Positions 16,865 to 27,200 of a stretch of 64,000 bases of DNA are shown here, piece by piece. Numbering within the stretch: the stretch's first letter is position 1; each line of letters opens with the position of its first letter. The notes beneath the pieces are model-generated. The model saw only the letters and a list, made by a program, of their open reading frames with translations, had not been told where the DNA came from and searched no databases. The stretch comes from Akkermansiaceae bacterium (GTDB taxonomy: Bacteria > Verrucomicrobiota > Verrucomicrobiia > Verrucomicrobiales > Akkermansiaceae). Location of the stretch: assembly GCA_051251915.1 (NCBI GenBank), contig JBPOGF010000016.1, forward strand, positions 32,001 to 96,000. Direction: 5' to 3'. A program made the position numbers and the translations under genes.

Positions 16865-18133
16865 CTAGTTGTGTTCTTTGATGTAGATGTTTTTGAACTC
16901 GAGTGCTGAGCCATGGTGCTGGAGGGCGATGGCTCCTTCCGCTGGGACTCCTGGGAGCTGTGCGTCGATGATGACTTTTTTGCCGTTGAGGGTTACGTTG
17001 AGGATGTCTCCAATGAGGGAAATCTCCATGCGGTTCCATGCGCCGATGGGGTGATCTGCACGGACTCTAGGGACGAGTGCGGCGCGGATTTCTTGGCTAT
17101 GTTTCTTGTTCATACGGTAGCCGTAGACTTCACCTGAGCCACATGGCCAGTTCCAGAGGTTTACTTGTGAGCGGTTGTTGCCACGGAAGTAGATGCCGCT
17201 GTCGAGTTCGATGACCTCTTGTTTGATGTCATTTCCTGCTGCATCTTTCTTGGCTTCTCCTGTTTTAGGATCTAATACAGGACGCATGAGTTTTTGAGCT
17301 GATGTTTCTGCCCAGCGCCAATCTAGCACGATGGTGGTGTCTTTGTATTTTTTGGCTGTCCAGAGGTTCTTGTCTTCTGCTGTGGACTTGCTGTCGTAGT
17401 ATAAAACCTTACCTCTGGGTTGCCAGTGACCGACGTGACCGGGGTCATCGCTCCAGCCGGTGAGGTCTTTTTCGTTGTAGAGCTGGTTGAAGCCGGTGAG
17501 GTCAACCTCTGGGAGGGTGGTGTCTGTGATGGTGATGTTTCTGAATGCTACTGGGTCACCGTGGCCGCAGAATCCGATGTGTCCTGAACGGCGTTTGATG
17601 CCTTCGTGTTTCGGGTTTTTGGCGGATAGGTCATCGAGGTTGGCTTCATTGATGATGACGCCGTTGAGTTCGACGATGATGTGGTTGCCGTTGACGGTGA
17701 TGGTTTCTTTGTTCCATTCGCCGAGGGGCTTAAGGTGTCCGTGTTTTGCTTCTTTGAGGGTGTAGATGCCGCCGTGGAACTGGTATGGTTTGAGGTCTTT
17801 GTATTTGGGGGCGGTGTCATCTAGGACTTGGATCTCCATGGCTTTGTATGCTGGATCTCCAGTTCCTGGGTAGTGGATGGCGATGCCGTTGTTGCCACCA
17901 GGGGGTAGTTTGAACTCGAAGCTGAAGACGTAGTTGGAGTAGGTTTTCTCGGTGATGAGATTTTTACCCTTAGGTGTGCAAACGATGGTGCCGTCTTTGA
18001 CTTCGTATCCTTCACCCATCCAGCCGGTGAGGTCTTCGCCATTGAATAATTTAACTTGCTCGCCAGCAGAGCAGATTCCAGTAGAGATAGTTCCAGCGAC
18101 GAACGCCAGAGAAAGAACTTTAAGTGATTTCAT
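16865..18133 (-). CDS. Tandem DUF1080 (3-keto-glycoside hydrolase/lyase-like) protein, exported
   Basis: Signal peptide; two domains with LFNGEDLTGW / LYNEKDLTGW, NNGI / DSGI, GHIGFCGHG / GAIALQHHG, FRNI / FKNI. Confidence 0.88.
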   Translation of the reverse strand: MKSLKVLSLAFVAGTISTGICSAGEQVKLFNGEDLTGWMGEGYEVKDGTIVCTPKGKNLITEKTYSNYVFSFEFKLPPGGNNGIAIHYPGTGDPAYKAMEIQVLDDTAPKYKDLKPYQFHGGIYTLKEAKHGHLKPLGEWNKETITVNGNHIIVELNGVIINEANLDDLSAKNPKHEGIKRRSGHIGFCGHGDPVAFRNITITDTTLPEVDLTGFNQLYNEKDLTGWSDDPGHVGHWQPRGKVLYYDSKSTAEDKNLWTAKKYKDTTIVLDWRWAETSAQKLMRPVLDPKTGEAKKDAAGNDIKQEVIELDSGIYFRGNNRSQVNLWNWPCGSGEVYGYRMNKKHSQEIRAALVPRVRADHPIGAWNRMEISLIGDILNVTLNGKKVIIDAQLPGVPAEGAIALQHHGSALEFKNIYIKEHN

Positions 18134-18400
18134 GATGATGTTACGGAAATCTATGTGGGTTCTTTCAGTAGATCAATCATTTAAATTTTAGTGTGAGGAG
18201 GTGATGGAATGGGGTTGTGAGGTGATAGGGTGTTATTTTTTAGTGTTTGGTTATGATGGTGTTATGTTGTTTTTAGGTTTGTGTGGGTTTCCCCAAACGT
18301 GTTTGATGAAAGGTTAAATTTGTATGTAATGTGCAGATCCATTACTTAGAGCTAATCATAGAGCACTGAACAGTATATGGTTTCCTTGGCGGGTGTTTGC

Positions 18401-18682
18401 TTATTCTGCTAGTGTGAAGAGGTTGCAAGATTTGCAGTGGTGGGCTGGGTATTTGCAGCCTAGGCCGGATTTGGTTTTGCCGATGAGGTTGCCTCCGGAT
18501 ATGGCTTTTTTGAGGCGGGACTGGGTGTCTCCGAGCCAGGTGACGTTGGAGTTGGATCTGATGAATCCGGGTTCCATTTCTTGGTTGCAGCTTGGACAGG
18601 GTTTGATGCCTTCGGGGGATTCTAAAGGTGGGGCGTAGATTTTGTGGGGATCGTTGGTGGCAAATGGGTTGGGTTCTGACAT
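18401..18682 (-). CDS. Small zinc-ribbon protein (PF20097/DUF6487-like)
   Basis: CPSCNQEMEPGFI...AHHCKSC. Confidence 0.72.
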   Translation of the reverse strand: MSEPNPFATNDPHKIYAPPLESPEGIKPCPSCNQEMEPGFIRSNSNVTWLGDTQSRLKKAISGGNLIGKTKSGLGCKYPAHHCKSCNLFTLAE

Positions 18683-18687
18683 GGGGA

Positions 18688-19494
18688 TTATGTGACCGTA
18701 AGGTTGATCATGGTGGTGTCGTCTGTGCCGTCGTTTTCTAGGGCGCGGGTTAGGATGGATTGGTGGACGGTGGCTGGATCTGGGCCTTGTTTGAGGAAGG
18801 CGGAGTGGATGTTTTTTTCCCAGACTCCGTCGGTGATGCCGTCTGAACAGAGCATGAATTGGTCACCGGGTTGGTAGGGGATGGCGGCGATCTGGGGTTT
18901 GACGTTGCGGTTGCCGGCGCCGACGACTTGGTAGAGGACGGATCTGCGTGGGTGGGAGCGGTATTGGATTTCTGAGAGTTCTTTACGCTGGAGTTTTTTC
19001 CAGACGAGGGCGTGGTCTAGGGAGAGCTGGGTGGTTAGGCCGTCTCGGTGGAGGTAGAGTCTGGAGTCGCCGATGTGGGCGAGGTAGAGGTTCTCTGGGG
19101 TGAACCAGGCGAGGGTGAGGGTGGCTCCCATGCCGGTGTGGGCTTCGTTTTTGTCACCCGCGGCGTTGATCTCGGCGTGGATTTTTTCGACGGCGAGTTC
19201 TAGTTGTTCAAGGTAGTCTGGGTGGAAGCCTTGGGCGGCGGCTTTGAAGGTTTGGGGTATTATTTGGCTGATGTTTTGGAGGATGAGGCTGGATGCGAGA
19301 TAGCCTGCGTTTCCTCCGCCCATGCCGTCTGAGACGGCGAAGATGATGTCTTTTTCAGCGTTGCTGATGGTGCCTTCTGAAGGTAAGTTTTCTGAGCCGG
19401 TCATGCCGGCTGAGAAGACTGCCCAAGAGTCGTCGTTCTCGGGTTTCTTAGTGCCGGAGGTGGATGATGCGTGCCATTGGAAGTTTGCTGCCAT
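18688..19494 (-). CDS. PP2C/PPM-family Ser/Thr protein phosphatase
   Basis: NDD, VSDGMGG, GMGAT, HIGDSRLY, LCSDG, GTDDTT motifs. Confidence 0.93.
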   Translation of the reverse strand: MAANFQWHASSTSGTKKPENDDSWAVFSAGMTGSENLPSEGTISNAEKDIIFAVSDGMGGGNAGYLASSLILQNISQIIPQTFKAAAQGFHPDYLEQLELAVEKIHAEINAAGDKNEAHTGMGATLTLAWFTPENLYLAHIGDSRLYLHRDGLTTQLSLDHALVWKKLQRKELSEIQYRSHPRRSVLYQVVGAGNRNVKPQIAAIPYQPGDQFMLCSDGITDGVWEKNIHSAFLKQGPDPATVHQSILTRALENDGTDDTTMINLTVT

Positions 19495-19517
19495 TTATTA
19501 ACTATTAAACATTAATA

Positions 19518-19916
19518 TTATTCAGGAGCTTTTACGAAGTCCTCGATGACGGTGGCTAGTTCGAAGTCGATGATGTTGAACTCTCCCATGACTTCATTGT
19601 AGGTGATGTTTCGGGGTTCTGGGTCATCGTGGATGACGCCGTAGTCTGCTTCGAGTTTGGCGTAGAGTTTATTAGATTTTTTCTTGGTAAGTCTTGGTGC
19701 TGGGCTTCCGCAGTTGGTGGTGACGATGTAGTTTTCTTCTGGTGTGAAGCTGAGTAGGCGTGGGACATTAGGGCAACCTCGTTCTTCTAATACTTGGAGA
19801 ACGTGGGCTTCGTTTGCTGCGCGCTTGTCCGAATCGGTGCCTCGGAAGTATTTGTGTACGTGTCCGTTGAAGTCGATTTTTACTAGTGACCTGAGTCCGT
19901 CTTTGAGATTTCGCAT
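19518..19916 (-). CDS. Minimal protein-kinase-like (Bud32/RIO-like) protein, 132 aa
   Basis: VHK lysine, NEAHVL alphaC glutamate, VPRLL, IHDDPEPRN catalytic loop, IIDFE. Confidence 0.75.
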   Translation of the reverse strand: MRNLKDGLRSLVKIDFNGHVHKYFRGTDSDKRAANEAHVLQVLEERGCPNVPRLLSFTPEENYIVTTNCGSPAPRLTKKKSNKLYAKLEADYGVIHDDPEPRNITYNEVMGEFNIIDFELATVIEDFVKAPE

Positions 19917-20031
19917 AGAGGTATATAGATCATAATGACGGGGTTTGGCACGTATAAAAGTTATTTGTTATTAGTTATTTGTTATTGGGGATTTTTCTTT
20001 TATTGGGATTCTAGGTGTGGCTAACTGTGGC

Positions 20032-21483
20032 ATGATGAAATACAGCTTCCTAAAACTAACTTCCTTGTTCGTCGCCTCAGCGGCTTCTGTGTTTGCTGAT
20101 GAGGTAGCTCCGAAAACTAAGCCGAATGTGATTGTGATTTTTGCGGATGATCTGGGGTATGGTGATGTGGGGTGCTTTGGTGCTATTAAGGTTCAGACTC
20201 CGAATATTGATAAGTTGGCAGCTGAGGGGAAGCGGTTTACTGATGCGCATGCTGCGGCTACGGTTTGTTCTCCGTCGCGTTATGGGTTGTTGACGGGGCG
20301 TTCTCCGTGGAGGTTGAATAAGCAAGGGAATGGATATAGGTTAGAGGATGAACGCATGACGCTTGCGGAGCTTTTTAAGTCTGAGGGGTATGTTTCTGCG
20401 GCTATCGGGAAATGGCATCTAGGGTATGGTAAGGACTGGAATAATCCGCCGATTAAGGGGCCGTTGAATCATGGGTTTGATTATCATTTTGGGGTGCCGC
20501 AGAATCATAATGATGGGACGCGTTGTTATATGGAGAATGATGATATTTATGGGCGGAAAGAGGGCGAGGATTTTAAGATGGTGAAGGGGAAGGCTTTTCC
20601 TGAAGGGATAGCTGAGTTTAGGGTGGATGATCAGGTGGATACGATGCTGACTTCGAAGGCGGTTGAATTTATTAAACGTAGTGCTGAGCGCCCGTTTTTC
20701 TTGTATTTTAATCCGGTGGCTACGCACACGCATATTACTCCTGCTGCGCAGTTTAGGGGGACGAGTCAGGCTGGGTTGTTAGGTGATTATGTGCATGAGT
20801 TGGATTTTCATGTTGGGGAGATTATGGGGGCTCTGGATGAGTTGAAGATAGCTGATAAGACGTTGGTGATTTTCACTAGTGATAATGGTGGAACTTATAA
20901 GGATTTTAGGGGGACTGATGGGGTGGTGCTGAATTTGGCGAGTGAGGAGGGTGGTGTGTTAGAGGGATTTAAGACAGCTAAGGCAGATGCTCTGAAGTTG
21001 GGGCATTTGTGCAATGGGGTGTATCGTGGTAGGAAGGGTTATCCTGAGGAGGGCGGGCATAGGGTGGCGTTTATAGCGCGCTGGCCAGGGAAGATTCCTG
21101 CTGGGACGACTTCTGATTATACGTTTATGCATACGGATATGATGTCTACTGTTGCTGAGATGCTTGGGGTGAAGTTGCCTGATGATGCGGGGGAGGATTC
21201 TGTTAGTATTTTACCGAGGCTGTTAGAGAAGCAAGATGCACCACGGATGGAGCGGACGATCTATGTGCAGGGGGATACTAAGAATGATGCGATTGCTATC
21301 TGCACGGGGCGTTGGAAAATGATCTCGGGGAAGGGTGATGATAAGGTGCCTGCAGTTCAGCTGTATGATCTGCATGCTGATCCGGCTGAGACTAAGAATC
21401 TGGCTAAGGAGAATCCTGAGTTAGTTGAGCAGATGTTAGATGGATTGAATAAAGCGAGGGTGGCTGGGCGGACTCGGTTGTAG
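20032..21483 (+). CDS. Cys-type arylsulfatase, exported
   Basis: Signal peptide, ADDLGYGD, CSPSR motif, GKWHLG, FTSDNG. Confidence 0.93.
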   Translation: MMKYSFLKLTSLFVASAASVFADEVAPKTKPNVIVIFADDLGYGDVGCFGAIKVQTPNIDKLAAEGKRFTDAHAAATVCSPSRYGLLTGRSPWRLNKQGNGYRLEDERMTLAELFKSEGYVSAAIGKWHLGYGKDWNNPPIKGPLNHGFDYHFGVPQNHNDGTRCYMENDDIYGRKEGEDFKMVKGKAFPEGIAEFRVDDQVDTMLTSKAVEFIKRSAERPFFLYFNPVATHTHITPAAQFRGTSQAGLLGDYVHELDFHVGEIMGALDELKIADKTLVIFTSDNGGTYKDFRGTDGVVLNLASEEGGVLEGFKTAKADALKLGHLCNGVYRGRKGYPEEGGHRVAFIARWPGKIPAGTTSDYTFMHTDMMSTVAEMLGVKLPDDAGEDSVSILPRLLEKQDAPRMERTIYVQGDTKNDAIAICTGRWKMISGKGDDKVPAVQLYDLHADPAETKNLAKENPELVEQMLDGLNKARVAGRTRL

Positions 21484-21573
21484 GTTTGAATGCATGCCAA
21501 GAGGACTAGTCTTTGGGTGAAAATTTCACATCTTGTGGCTTTTCATCCGAGAGGGTTTGGTTATGTATAGGGT

Positions 21574-24030
21574 ATGCAGATTGAAAAGTCAGATTACGAG
21601 AAATTAGGACAGTTTTATCTAGGACGCGAGTATGATCTCCGGAAGTCTGAGATCCAGGATGAACTGGTGATGTATGACTCTAAGGATCTGGTGACACATG
21701 GTGTGGTGCTGGGGATGACTGGGTCTGGAAAGACGGGTCTGTGTATTGGTCTGCTGGAGGAGGCGGTGATGGATAATATCCCTGCTATTGTGATTGATCC
21801 GAAGGGTGATATTGCGAATATGATGTTGGCGTTTCCTGATTTTAAGGCGGGAGATTTTAGGCCGTGGATTAATGAGGATGATGCGCGCAAGAAGGGGAGA
21901 ACTCCGGATGAGCATGCGGAGAAGACGGCTAGGATGTGGGAGGATGGGATAGGCCAGTGGGGGCAGAGTGCGGATAGGGTGAGAGAATTTAGAGATAAGG
22001 TGGATGTGAATGTGTTTACTCCTGGGAGTAAGGCAGGGATTCCTGTTAGTATTTTGGGGTCGCTGGATGTGCCGCCATTTGAGGTTTTGGATGATGGTGA
22101 GATGTTAGGGGAGCGGATTGAGAGCACGGTGAGTTCTTTGTTGTCGCTGGTGGGTGTGGATGCTGATCCGATTCAGAGTCCTGAGGCTGTGTTGCTGAGT
22201 TCTATTTTCCAGCATGCTTGGATGGGGGATGAGAGTTTGAGTATTGAGGCGCTGATTCGTAATATTCAGAAGCCGAAGTTTAGCAAGGTGGGGATCATTG
22301 ATTTAGAGAGTTTTTATCCTGGGAAGAAGCGTCAGGAGTTGGCGTTAAAATTTAACAATTTGTTAGCGAGTCCGGGATTTTCTACTTGGATGGAGGGGCC
22401 GTCGCTGGATATTCAGAAGATGTTGTATCATGAGGATGGTAGAGCGAGGGTTTCCATTTTCTCAATCTCGCATTTGAATGATAGTGAGAGGATGTTCTTT
22501 GTGAGCATTTTGCTGAATCAAATGTTAGGCTGGATGCGGACGCAGAGTGGAACGACGAGTTTGCGTGCAATGCTTTATATGGATGAGATTTATGGATTTC
22601 TACCGCCTACGGCGAACCCACCTAGTAAGAAGCCGATGTTGACGATGCTGAAGCAGGGACGGGCGTTTGGTCTTGGGGTGTTGTTGGCGACGCAGAATCC
22701 GGTGGATCTGGATTACAAGGCGCTATCCAACATTGGGACATGGTGGCTGGGGAGGCTGCAGACTGAGCGTGATAAGGCGCGTGTGCTGGATGGTCTGGAG
22801 GGGGCTGCGGCGAGTCAAGAAGGTGGATTTGATAGGGGGGCGATGGAGGAGCTGTTGGCAGGTCTGGGGAGTAGGGTTTTCTTGATGAATAATGTGCATG
22901 AGTCTGCGCCAGTGGTGTTTCATGTGAGGTGGGTGATGAGTTATTTACGTGGGCCGATGACGCGAAGGCAGATCAAGACCTTGATGGATCCGAAGCGTGA
23001 TGCATTTGAGGTAGGTGGGAGTGTGGTGGCTGAGACTGGTGGGGGAGGGAAGTCTAACCCGATGGGGATGCCATCTGCTGGGCGTGAGGCTGAGAAAAAA
23101 GTGAGTGAAAGGCCTGCGGTGGGGACTGGGGTGAGGGAGAGTTTTTTACCTTTCTCCGGTGATGAGGATGGGGTGACTTATAAGCCGCATTTGTTACGTG
23201 AGGCGAAGGTTCATTTCAGCTCGACGAAGACTGGGGTGGAAGGTTCAAGGAGGGTGAGGTTTATCAATGCGATGAGTGCTGCGGGGGTGAACTGGAAGGA
23301 GAATGTGGTGTGTCATTTGGTGCTGGATAAGTTTGAACATGAGCCTCGGAAAGGTGCGGGTTACGATGAGTTGCCTGCATTTGCGATGAATAAAGATAAT
23401 TATAAGGGGGTGGAAGATGACTTTGAAGACTGGATTTATAGGAATGAGCGGGTGGATGTTTTTTATGCTCCGTTGGTGAAAGAGTATTCTAAAATGGGGG
23501 AGAGTGAGGGTGACTTTAGAGGGAGATTATCACATGAAGCGCGGGAGATGCGCGATGAGGCTGTGGAGGCACTGCGTGAGAAGTTGACTAAGAAAATAGA
23601 TACTAAGGAAGGGCAGTTAGACCGTGCATTGTCTACTCTGGATAGGGAGGAGTCTGAGGCGGCGAATGCGAAGATGCAGGCTACTGGGAGTGTGGTGGGT
23701 GCTGTGATAGGGATGATTTTCGGTAAGCGTAAGATGAGTGCTTCGACGATTAGTAAGGGGAGGACGGCTGCAAATTCTTATGGTCGGTCCCGTAAGCAGA
23801 GTCAGGATGTGCGCCGAGCAGAGGCTAAGGTGGATGGTATACGCGATGAGATAGAGGATTTAGAGGCTGATATGCGTGAGGATCTGGATGAGCTGGCTAA
23901 TCGATTTGATCCTATGTCACTGGAGTTAGAGACGGTGCAGGTGAAGCCTTATAAGAAGGATATTGATGTGCAGAGTGTTTCGCTGCTGTGGGTGCCATTT
24001 GATGAGCGGGATAATGTTCTGTTAGATTAG
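21574..24030 (+). CDS. HerA/FtsK-superfamily P-loop ATPase (DUF87/DUF853-like) with C-terminal coiled coil
   Basis: GMTGSGKT Walker A, IDPKGD, LYMDE Walker B, KQGRAFG, ATQNP. Confidence 0.85.
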   Translation: MQIEKSDYEKLGQFYLGREYDLRKSEIQDELVMYDSKDLVTHGVVLGMTGSGKTGLCIGLLEEAVMDNIPAIVIDPKGDIANMMLAFPDFKAGDFRPWINEDDARKKGRTPDEHAEKTARMWEDGIGQWGQSADRVREFRDKVDVNVFTPGSKAGIPVSILGSLDVPPFEVLDDGEMLGERIESTVSSLLSLVGVDADPIQSPEAVLLSSIFQHAWMGDESLSIEALIRNIQKPKFSKVGIIDLESFYPGKKRQELALKFNNLLASPGFSTWMEGPSLDIQKMLYHEDGRARVSIFSISHLNDSERMFFVSILLNQMLGWMRTQSGTTSLRAMLYMDEIYGFLPPTANPPSKKPMLTMLKQGRAFGLGVLLATQNPVDLDYKALSNIGTWWLGRLQTERDKARVLDGLEGAAASQEGGFDRGAMEELLAGLGSRVFLMNNVHESAPVVFHVRWVMSYLRGPMTRRQIKTLMDPKRDAFEVGGSVVAETGGGGKSNPMGMPSAGREAEKKVSERPAVGTGVRESFLPFSGDEDGVTYKPHLLREAKVHFSSTKTGVEGSRRVRFINAMSAAGVNWKENVVCHLVLDKFEHEPRKGAGYDELPAFAMNKDNYKGVEDDFEDWIYRNERVDVFYAPLVKEYSKMGESEGDFRGRLSHEAREMRDEAVEALREKLTKKIDTKEGQLDRALSTLDREESEAANAKMQATGSVVGAVIGMIFGKRKMSASTISKGRTAANSYGRSRKQSQDVRRAEAKVDGIRDEIEDLEADMREDLDELANRFDPMSLELETVQVKPYKKDIDVQSVSLLWVPFDERDNVLLD

Positions 24031-24036
24031 GGAGAT

Positions 24037-24219
24037 ATGTTAGAGAATCTGACAGATATTCAGTGTCCTAGTTGCTTTGAGTGGTTTTCGTTCACTTTGC
24101 AACAAGATGATTTGGTAGTAGGGTCCGTGGAAATGGATTATGACTGCGAGGTCTGTTGCAGGCCTATGCGGGTGATCGTTTCTGCTAATGAAGCTTATGC
24201 CATCGGGATGGATGACTGA
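24037..24219 (+). CDS. CPXCG-motif cysteine-rich small protein
   Basis: CPSCFE...DCEVCCRP; GGAG upstream; 6 bp after the ATPase stop. Confidence 0.8.
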   Translation: MLENLTDIQCPSCFEWFSFTLQQDDLVVGSVEMDYDCEVCCRPMRVIVSANEAYAIGMDD

Positions 24220-24224
24220 GGGCA

Positions 24225-27200
24225 CTATTGGATGGGTTTGGCGCGGGGGACGGCTTGGGCTTTTCCGGGTTTGAATAGTGGGACGTTAAAGTCGCGTGGG
24301 GGGTCGAAGGGGACGAGTTTCCAGGATGGGTTTTTGTAGTGGCCTCTGCCGCGGACTTGGATGAGGCCGGTTTCGGCGGGTTTTTTATTGAGGAAGACGG
24401 CTCTGAGCATGTGGATGGGGAGCTTGATGATTTCAGCGCCGAGCTCCATTGCTTTTCCTAGGAGTCCGCGGTAGTTGACGCGGATGGTGATGTCGATGTT
24501 GTCTGTGTTGAGGTTGACTGAACCTTCGCCGAAGAAGGTGAGGCTGGGGGTGAGGGACTGGATGTCATCAGTGATGATGACGCCGTTGACGACTTTGAAT
24601 CTGGCAGAGATGTCTTTAAGTCGTTCGTTGAGTGCTTGTCCACCTGCGATGGGTGAGATGAATGGATTGATAATGATGCTGACTGGGCCAAGGACTGGGA
24701 CTGAGACTAGGTCGCCATTTTCTAGAGCGAAGGTTCCCATGGTGCCTTTTTTGGTATTGAATGAAGCGATGTCATCAGACTTGCCTTGGAACTGGATATT
24801 TCCGCGTAGGCGGCCGCGCTGGACTTCATCGAAGTTGTAGGTGATGCCTAGCTGTCTGAAGCTAATGTTTTGCCAATTCAGGTCACCATGGTAGGTGACT
24901 GGGCCGCTGTTAGGGATGGTGAAGTAGAGGTTACCTTGGGCGAGTCCGTTGTCGAAGAGTTGGGATCTTAGCTTTCTGACTTTGACTTCATTTTTCACTA
25001 TTTGGATATTAGCGGAGAAGTTGCTGAGTAATAAATTTCCATCGAGGAACATGTATCTGGTGTTAGATCCGGGGCAGGAGAGGTTGCAGGTGAAGTTGAT
25101 TTTTTGATCCTTGAGAGAGCGGGGGACGGTGTCGAAAACGCCAGAGGCGGAGAGGGTGGGAGGATTGTAGAACTGGTATTCTTCGAGGTGATCTGCAACG
25201 TCTGAGTGGAATAATCTAGCGATGGGTGCTGGGTGTGCGCGTCCTTTTACTCCGTCTAGAGTGGCTGTTTTTTTAGCATTATCGATGTAGGTTTTTTCAA
25301 TGGTGGCTTCTCCTTTGGCGGAGCCTTTGAAAAGCTTGTAGAGTTCGTAGTTGCTGTAGTCGAAAACTAGGCGGCTGTCGGTAGCGAGTAAGCCATCATG
25401 GTTGATCTTGTAGTTAGATTTGATGGAGTGTAGGGGGACGCCGTTAAATTTGAGTTCGGTGAATGTGGCTTCTCCTTCTGATTCCCAGTCTGTTTTGTCT
25501 GTGCGACTGAGCTTTCCCTTAGTTGAGATGTAGCTGTTAGATTGGTTGTCGATGTCTGCCTTTGACAAGAATTCGACGAGTTTGTCGTTCTTGATGAATG
25601 GCATGAGTAGGTAAGGATTTAGCGTGGAGATGAGGTCGAAGTTGTAGTAGTCATCAGTAGTGTAGAAGTTGCCAACGAGTTTTCCGGAGGGGTGCTCGGC
25701 GTTGATTTCAGTGATCTTGATTTGCTTGTTTTGGAAGTTGACTGTGGCTTTTAGTGAATCCAATGTGGAGCCTTTGACTTGTGGTTTGGTGAAGTTTACT
25801 TTGGCATTAAGAGCTTCATCTTTCCAATGAAATGAGGAGTCTAGTTGCTGGAGTGACATGTCCTTGAAGGTGGTATCTTGGAGGGTGACGCTGCCGCTGA
25901 GGGTGCCATCTAGCCAACGGAATTTGGTGAGTAAGGACTCGGTGTAGAGATCGTTGTAGGTGACTTTGGTAATGTGGAGTTCGCCATCCGAGACCCAGTC
26001 TGTGAGGTCGTTGGCGTTGATGTTACCTTTTGATTTGCAGAAGACTTTGGAGTCGGGGTGGAGTTTTATCTGATTGAGAGCAGCTTCTACTTTTCCGCCT
26101 GGTTTGATGAATGGTAAGAATGCACGTTTTGGGAGTGTGCTTTCAGTGTCGTAGGTGACGATGTTGTTTTTGATGAGGAGTCTGCCTCGGAGGTAGCCGT
26201 CTGGGCTTTTCATGATGAGGCGGTCTAGATAGACGTCACCATTTTCCCATGAGAAGTCAGAGCTAAAGGAGTCAAACTTAGACCCTAGATACTCGTATGA
26301 TTTAAGCTGCGCCTTGCCGATGGCTTTGATCTCTAGCTCGCTGAATGGGTTGATGAATGATGGTAGGACGGATGAGAGGGACATGTCGTCTTCCTTGGTA
26401 GGTAGCTTGAAGTAGCCTTTTGCGTTGATGTCTGATCCGCCTGTGATGTTGAAGCCTTTGAAGAGCTCGCGGTTAAAGAAGGTGAGGACGAATTTCTGGA
26501 TATGGATGTTGCTATCAATGTGAAACCTGCCGTCTCTGATGGTGAAGTCATAGTCCATCTCAACGTAGGCTTCGTTGTCTTCATTTTTAAAGGAGAGGCT
26601 ATCGACAGTGATGAGGTTGTGGTTGAAATCTCCGATTGTTTGGACCTTGCTCAGGGTGTATCCATTGTAATCTAGCTCGGGGGCGAGGAGGTCAAATTCG
26701 ATCTTGATTTTTTCTGGTGAGTTGATGTCTCCTTCTACAAATAAGCTTAGGTCTGGTGGGGTAGATGAATCCCAGGTCCAGTTATCTAGGTAGTCGATAA
26801 ACTTGAGGTATGACTCGGCACGTTTTGCAGCCATTTCTGGGTGAGTTGGTGAAGTTGGGAGATCTAGCTCTTGCCAGAGGTTTCCGGCGAGGGTGATGTT
26901 GATTCCCATGTATTGGGCGGTGAGGCGGTTGGTGGAGATTGAGCCGGCTTCGGGGAATTCTATGTTGCCGTTGATGTTACTAATTTTTATTCTGGCGGTG
27001 GCGGGATCTAGTGGGTTGATGGGGATTTCAATATCAGCTTCTTTGAGCGAGAGGCTATTTATCTTACGGATGCCTCTTAAGAGCTTGGTTTTATCAAGGT
27101 TGATACAGACTTCTGGGAGTGAGGCTAGCTTGGTCAGTCGTTCAGAGTCGCCGTAGAAGTGGACATTGGTGGCGACTAATCCATCGGTCATTTTGTATTT

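Noticed and set aside
18285..18310. CAAAC-GT-GTTTG palindrome as a LacI-type operator for the DUF1080 cluster
   Set aside because: Short, single copy, no regulator gene nearby; cannot be distinguished from chance
21574..24030. HerA ATPase as part of a Sir2-HerA or NurA-HerA system
   Set aside because: No Sir2, NurA or nuclease partner is adjacent
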